From the NCBI GenBank assembly GCA_964386185.1, contig CAYLRJ010000033.1, positions 100-64,099 of the forward strand: 64,000 nucleotides of DNA, written 5' to 3'. The stretch comes from an uncultured Anaerolineaceae bacterium (GTDB lineage Bacteria; Chloroflexota; Anaerolineae; Anaerolineales; DRMV01). The position numbers and the translations under genes were made by a program. This document shows, one piece after another, positions 61,382 to 64,000 of this stretch (position 1 is the stretch's first letter; each line of letters opens with the position of its first letter). Below the pieces are notes generated by a model. The model was not told the origin of the DNA, ran no database searches, and was given only the letters and a program-made list of their open reading frames with translations.

Positions 61382-63361
61382 TTAGGGGCGCTGCGGCCGT
61401 TTGTAAACGGCAATGCGTGTGTCTTTGGTTTGACAGGGCCGCAGGGGGATGGTCACTCGGAATTCGACAAAGCCCGCGTCTCGCAGACGGCTTTGCATGG
61501 CAGGGTTGCTGGCCACTTGTTTAGAGAGCAGCACCACGTCGGCTTCTTCCAGCCATTGTTGCGCTAAGGCGTTGTTCCAGTAGCCCCACTGGTACACCGT
61601 CGCAGGATCGCCGCCTTGGCGATAGTTGAAGTGGTCGTTGTATTGCGGGGGGAAGGTGCGCACGTCATACGGCAGGTAAAGCAAGGGGGTGACCGCCTCG
61701 CCGCCTTGCCAATACACGAGGGCATGGGGCGGGATGACGGCAGCTAATTGTTGCCCAATGGTTTGGTGTATGGCCAGCGTGTCTTCCTTGGGGCAGTCAT
61801 AGACGCGGAAGCCGTTGCTGAAGAGTGGGGTAGGCGAGAGCACGCCCAATAACAAAAGCGCGGCTACAAACATCTGGTGTGGCTCGCGCAGCCACTGGCC
61901 AAGGCGGCCGCTCTGCCTGGCACGCCAGAGCCAGATGCTCCCCCCGAGGGCTATCCCGATGGCGAGGATGCCCAACACCACAGCCCCTTGGAACAGTTGA
62001 GGGTCTTGAAACGGTGCAGGCGGGGGGGCGTGCCAAGGCAGGTGCGCGGCCGTCAATGAGCCAAGGCGTTTGGCCAACGCTGCACCGCTGTCGAGCAAGA
62101 CAGATTTGTGAATGACACCCCCGGAAAGTAAAATCGCTATCGTGCTGGCGATTAGGCAGCATTTGGCTCCCAGGTGCGAGGGCAGGGCTTTGCGGTAATA
62201 CAGGGTGATTCCCCCGAGCAGCAAGAAGAGGGGGGCGAAAAAGCTCAAATAAGCCGAGAAGTTGAAAAGCAAGAGGCTGCCGCGGCCAATGGTTGCCCAG
62301 GCATGCACGACCACCAGCGCCCACGTGAGGAGCACCACGGCTTTGAGGATGCGTTGGTGAGGCTGACGCCCCTTTCGCCAGGCCCACGCCAAAAGGGTGG
62401 CGCCAACCAGGCTGAGCCACAGCAGCGGGTAAGTGCTCAAAACGCCAGCCAAGGCGCTGAGGCGTGTTCCTGCCGTGGGAACGCTGGCCACGGCTTGTTG
62501 ACGCCCTAAGCCGCTTGCCGGCATGTGGAACGGAAACCACGGCTGCTTCCGAATGACCTTGGGCAGCCACGGCAGCCACAGCCGCAGGATGTCTGGCCAG
62601 TAGGTGGCATAGACCACCAAAGGCACAATGGCAGCCCCCAACCACGCCCATTTGGCACGCCGCAGGCCATAGGCTTTCCACGTGAAGATGCCAACAAAAA
62701 CCCAAACGAAAATCAGATTGATGCGGGTGACGCTCAGCGTGCCGGCCAGCAGCCCGCCTAAAAACAGCTGCCAATTGCGGGGATGGACGGCGAGCACAAA
62801 AACCAAAGCCCAAATGAGCAACGCCGCCCCCAGCCCTTCGGTCACGGCCAGGCTATACATCCGCTGGAGGGCCGTGGTGGCCGCGGCCATCCACATGACC
62901 AGCGCGGCGGTTTTGGCGTCTGTAAAGCGGCGCAGGAGCACCCACACCCCCGCCAGCGCGAGCAGGCCGCACCCCAGCGAAAAATAGCGCCCTGTATCCA
63001 GCCCCGGATGAGAAAGCCATTGCGCCGCCCCATAAAAGAAAAAGGCCAAAGGCATTTTGTTGGTCCAAGGGCCGTAGGGCTGAAAGGGGCGGTAAACGCC
63101 GCGGATGAACAGCCAACCTTTGTAGAGGTAGGCCCCCTCATCCATGACCACTTCTTGGAAGTGGGCAAAATAAATGGCGCCCGCGGCAAAAGTCGCCCAG
63201 CCCAGCAGGGCGAGCGCATGCCATCGCAGGGCGCGGAGCGGGCGACGCAAAAACAAAGCGTGGAAAACGCGACGTCTGACCGTGTGCATAAGAGGGAAGC
63301 GGGCTTGATTGGGTTGCGCGGCCTGGTGTTTGGCCCAGGCCGCGCGCGGATGAAGCCTCAT
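61382..63361 (-). CDS. GT-C fold polytopic glycosyltransferase (PMT/ArnT-like, GT39/GT83-type)
   Basis: 659 aa with more than 10 TM segments. Has a DE motif in the first loop (VVMDEGAYLYKG) and a soluble C-terminal ~150 aa. ATGA overlap with the yjbQ stop. Confidence 0.6.
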   Translation of the reverse strand: MRLHPRAAWAKHQAAQPNQARFPLMHTVRRRVFHALFLRRPLRALRWHALALLGWATFAAGAIYFAHFQEVVMDEGAYLYKGWLFIRGVYRPFQPYGPWTNKMPLAFFFYGAAQWLSHPGLDTGRYFSLGCGLLALAGVWVLLRRFTDAKTAALVMWMAAATTALQRMYSLAVTEGLGAALLIWALVFVLAVHPRNWQLFLGGLLAGTLSVTRINLIFVWVFVGIFTWKAYGLRRAKWAWLGAAIVPLVVYATYWPDILRLWLPWLPKVIRKQPWFPFHMPASGLGRQQAVASVPTAGTRLSALAGVLSTYPLLWLSLVGATLLAWAWRKGRQPHQRILKAVVLLTWALVVVHAWATIGRGSLLLFNFSAYLSFFAPLFLLLGGITLYYRKALPSHLGAKCCLIASTIAILLSGGVIHKSVLLDSGAALAKRLGSLTAAHLPWHAPPPAPFQDPQLFQGAVVLGILAIGIALGGSIWLWRARQSGRLGQWLREPHQMFVAALLLLGVLSPTPLFSNGFRVYDCPKEDTLAIHQTIGQQLAAVIPPHALVYWQGGEAVTPLLYLPYDVRTFPPQYNDHFNYRQGGDPATVYQWGYWNNALAQQWLEEADVVLLSKQVASNPAMQSRLRDAGFVEFRVTIPLRPCQTKDTRIAVYKRPQRP

Positions 63362-63771
63362 GCCAAGATGCGCACCAGCACTTTGCGCCGATGCGGTCGG
63401 CTACGGTGTTCGAAAAGATAGACACCTTGCCAGGTGCCCAGGGTCAAGTGTCCATGCTCAATGGGAATGCACACGCTGGGCAGGGTGAGGGCCGCGCGGA
63501 TGTGCGCGGGCATGTCGTCTGCGCCTTCCAAGGTGTGGCGGAACCAGGCTTGCCCTTCAGGCACCAGATGTTCGAAGGCCTCTTCCAAGTCGGCCCGCGC
63601 GGTGGGGTCCCAATTTTCGTTGAGCACCAAGGAGGCGCTGGTGTGGGGCACGAAAAGGAAGCACATGCCCTCTTGCACCCCGCTGGCGGCGATTTGGGCT
63701 TGCACTTCGGCCGTGATGTCATAAAGCCCCTTACCGCGTGTGGCGATTTCCAAGGTGAATGTATGCCACAT
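63358..63771 (-). CDS. yjbQ: YjbQ/UPF0047 family protein (secondary thiamine-phosphate synthase-like)
   Basis: MWHTFTLEIATRGKGLYDIT...FVPHTSASLVLNEN...HLTLGTWQGVYLFEHR is typical of YjbQ. Confidence 0.8.
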   Translation of the reverse strand: MWHTFTLEIATRGKGLYDITAEVQAQIAASGVQEGMCFLFVPHTSASLVLNENWDPTARADLEEAFEHLVPEGQAWFRHTLEGADDMPAHIRAALTLPSVCIPIEHGHLTLGTWQGVYLFEHRSRPHRRKVLVRILA

Positions 63772-63835
63772 GGTTTTTGGTCCCGCAGTTTGGGTGAGGC
63801 GGGGGCGCGCAGCCCTTGCGCCCCCGCGAGAGGGT

Positions 63836-64000
63836 TTACACGCCTTCCTCAATGTCAAGCTGGGCTTTTTCCAGGAAGGCCGCCACGGGCATAGGCCCTA
63901 AGTTTTCGCCCGAGCGCAGCCGCACGGCGACTTGCTCGGCTTCCACTTCTTTGTCGCCTACGATGAGCATGTAGGGGATTTTCTGCTTCTGCGCGGCGCG
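63836..64000 (-). CDS. thrS: Threonyl-tRNA synthetase, C-terminal fragment (gene continues beyond the window)
   Basis: My translation of the reverse strand: ...[51 protein letters not shown]. This is a class-II anticodon-binding-domain tail most like ThrRS. It is not in the ORF track because it is truncated. Confidence 0.55.
   Translation of the reverse strand, partial: RAAQKQKIPYMLIVGDKEVEAEQVAVRLRSGENLGPMPVAAFLEKAQLDIEEGV

Overview
GC-rich, densely coding chromosomal segment with about 58 protein genes, 3 tRNAs, and no rRNA, CRISPR array, transposase, integrase or recognisable defence gene. All calls come from reading the ORF translations and the DNA by eye. Family names rest on remembered motifs, start codons were re-picked from SD sequences or promoters and are approximate, and nothing was searched against a database.

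The gene content suggests a Chloroflexota-like bacterium (inference only). The clues are monoderm-type envelope genes, Pro/Thr linkers, TadE/TadG pseudopilins and many extended -10 promoters.

Housekeeping genes: rsmI, ftsK, lipB, tRNA-Arg(CCU), tRNA-Leu(CAA), ychF, pepF, pth, gatC, rsmA, comEA, cfa, degV, groEL with a perfect CIRCE operator, recG, coaD, tRNA-Arg(CCG), rnj, yjbQ and the 3' end of thrS.

Accessory content:
- An N-succinyl-amino-acid-racemase-like cluster (1121-4753).
- An orphan three-gene Tad pseudopilin operon whose last gene is an 831-aa modular fusion (10115-14784).
- A DUF2089 plus beta-helix-repeat pair (23020-24465).
- A BMP-type nucleoside ABC importer (24543-29448).
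- A NrfH plus octahaem HAO-like cytochrome operon (29734-31655).
- Two tandem TPR paralogues (32055-34781).
- A large envelope-lipid and glycoconjugate region (47636-63361).

The best candidate for an undescribed system is the tightly coupled operon at 49825-55565. It runs ribA, RibD-type reductase, a Zn-ligand-less MDR, a PTPS-like protein without the catalytic triad, GT4, and a membrane LtaS/sulfatase-type transferase. It may be co-transcribed with an upstream fusion of a CDP-alcohol phosphatidyltransferase to an MprF-type flippase-like domain. A second recurring signal is TGnTAnAAT promoters placed 7-10 nt before ATG codons, which suggests leaderless mRNAs.
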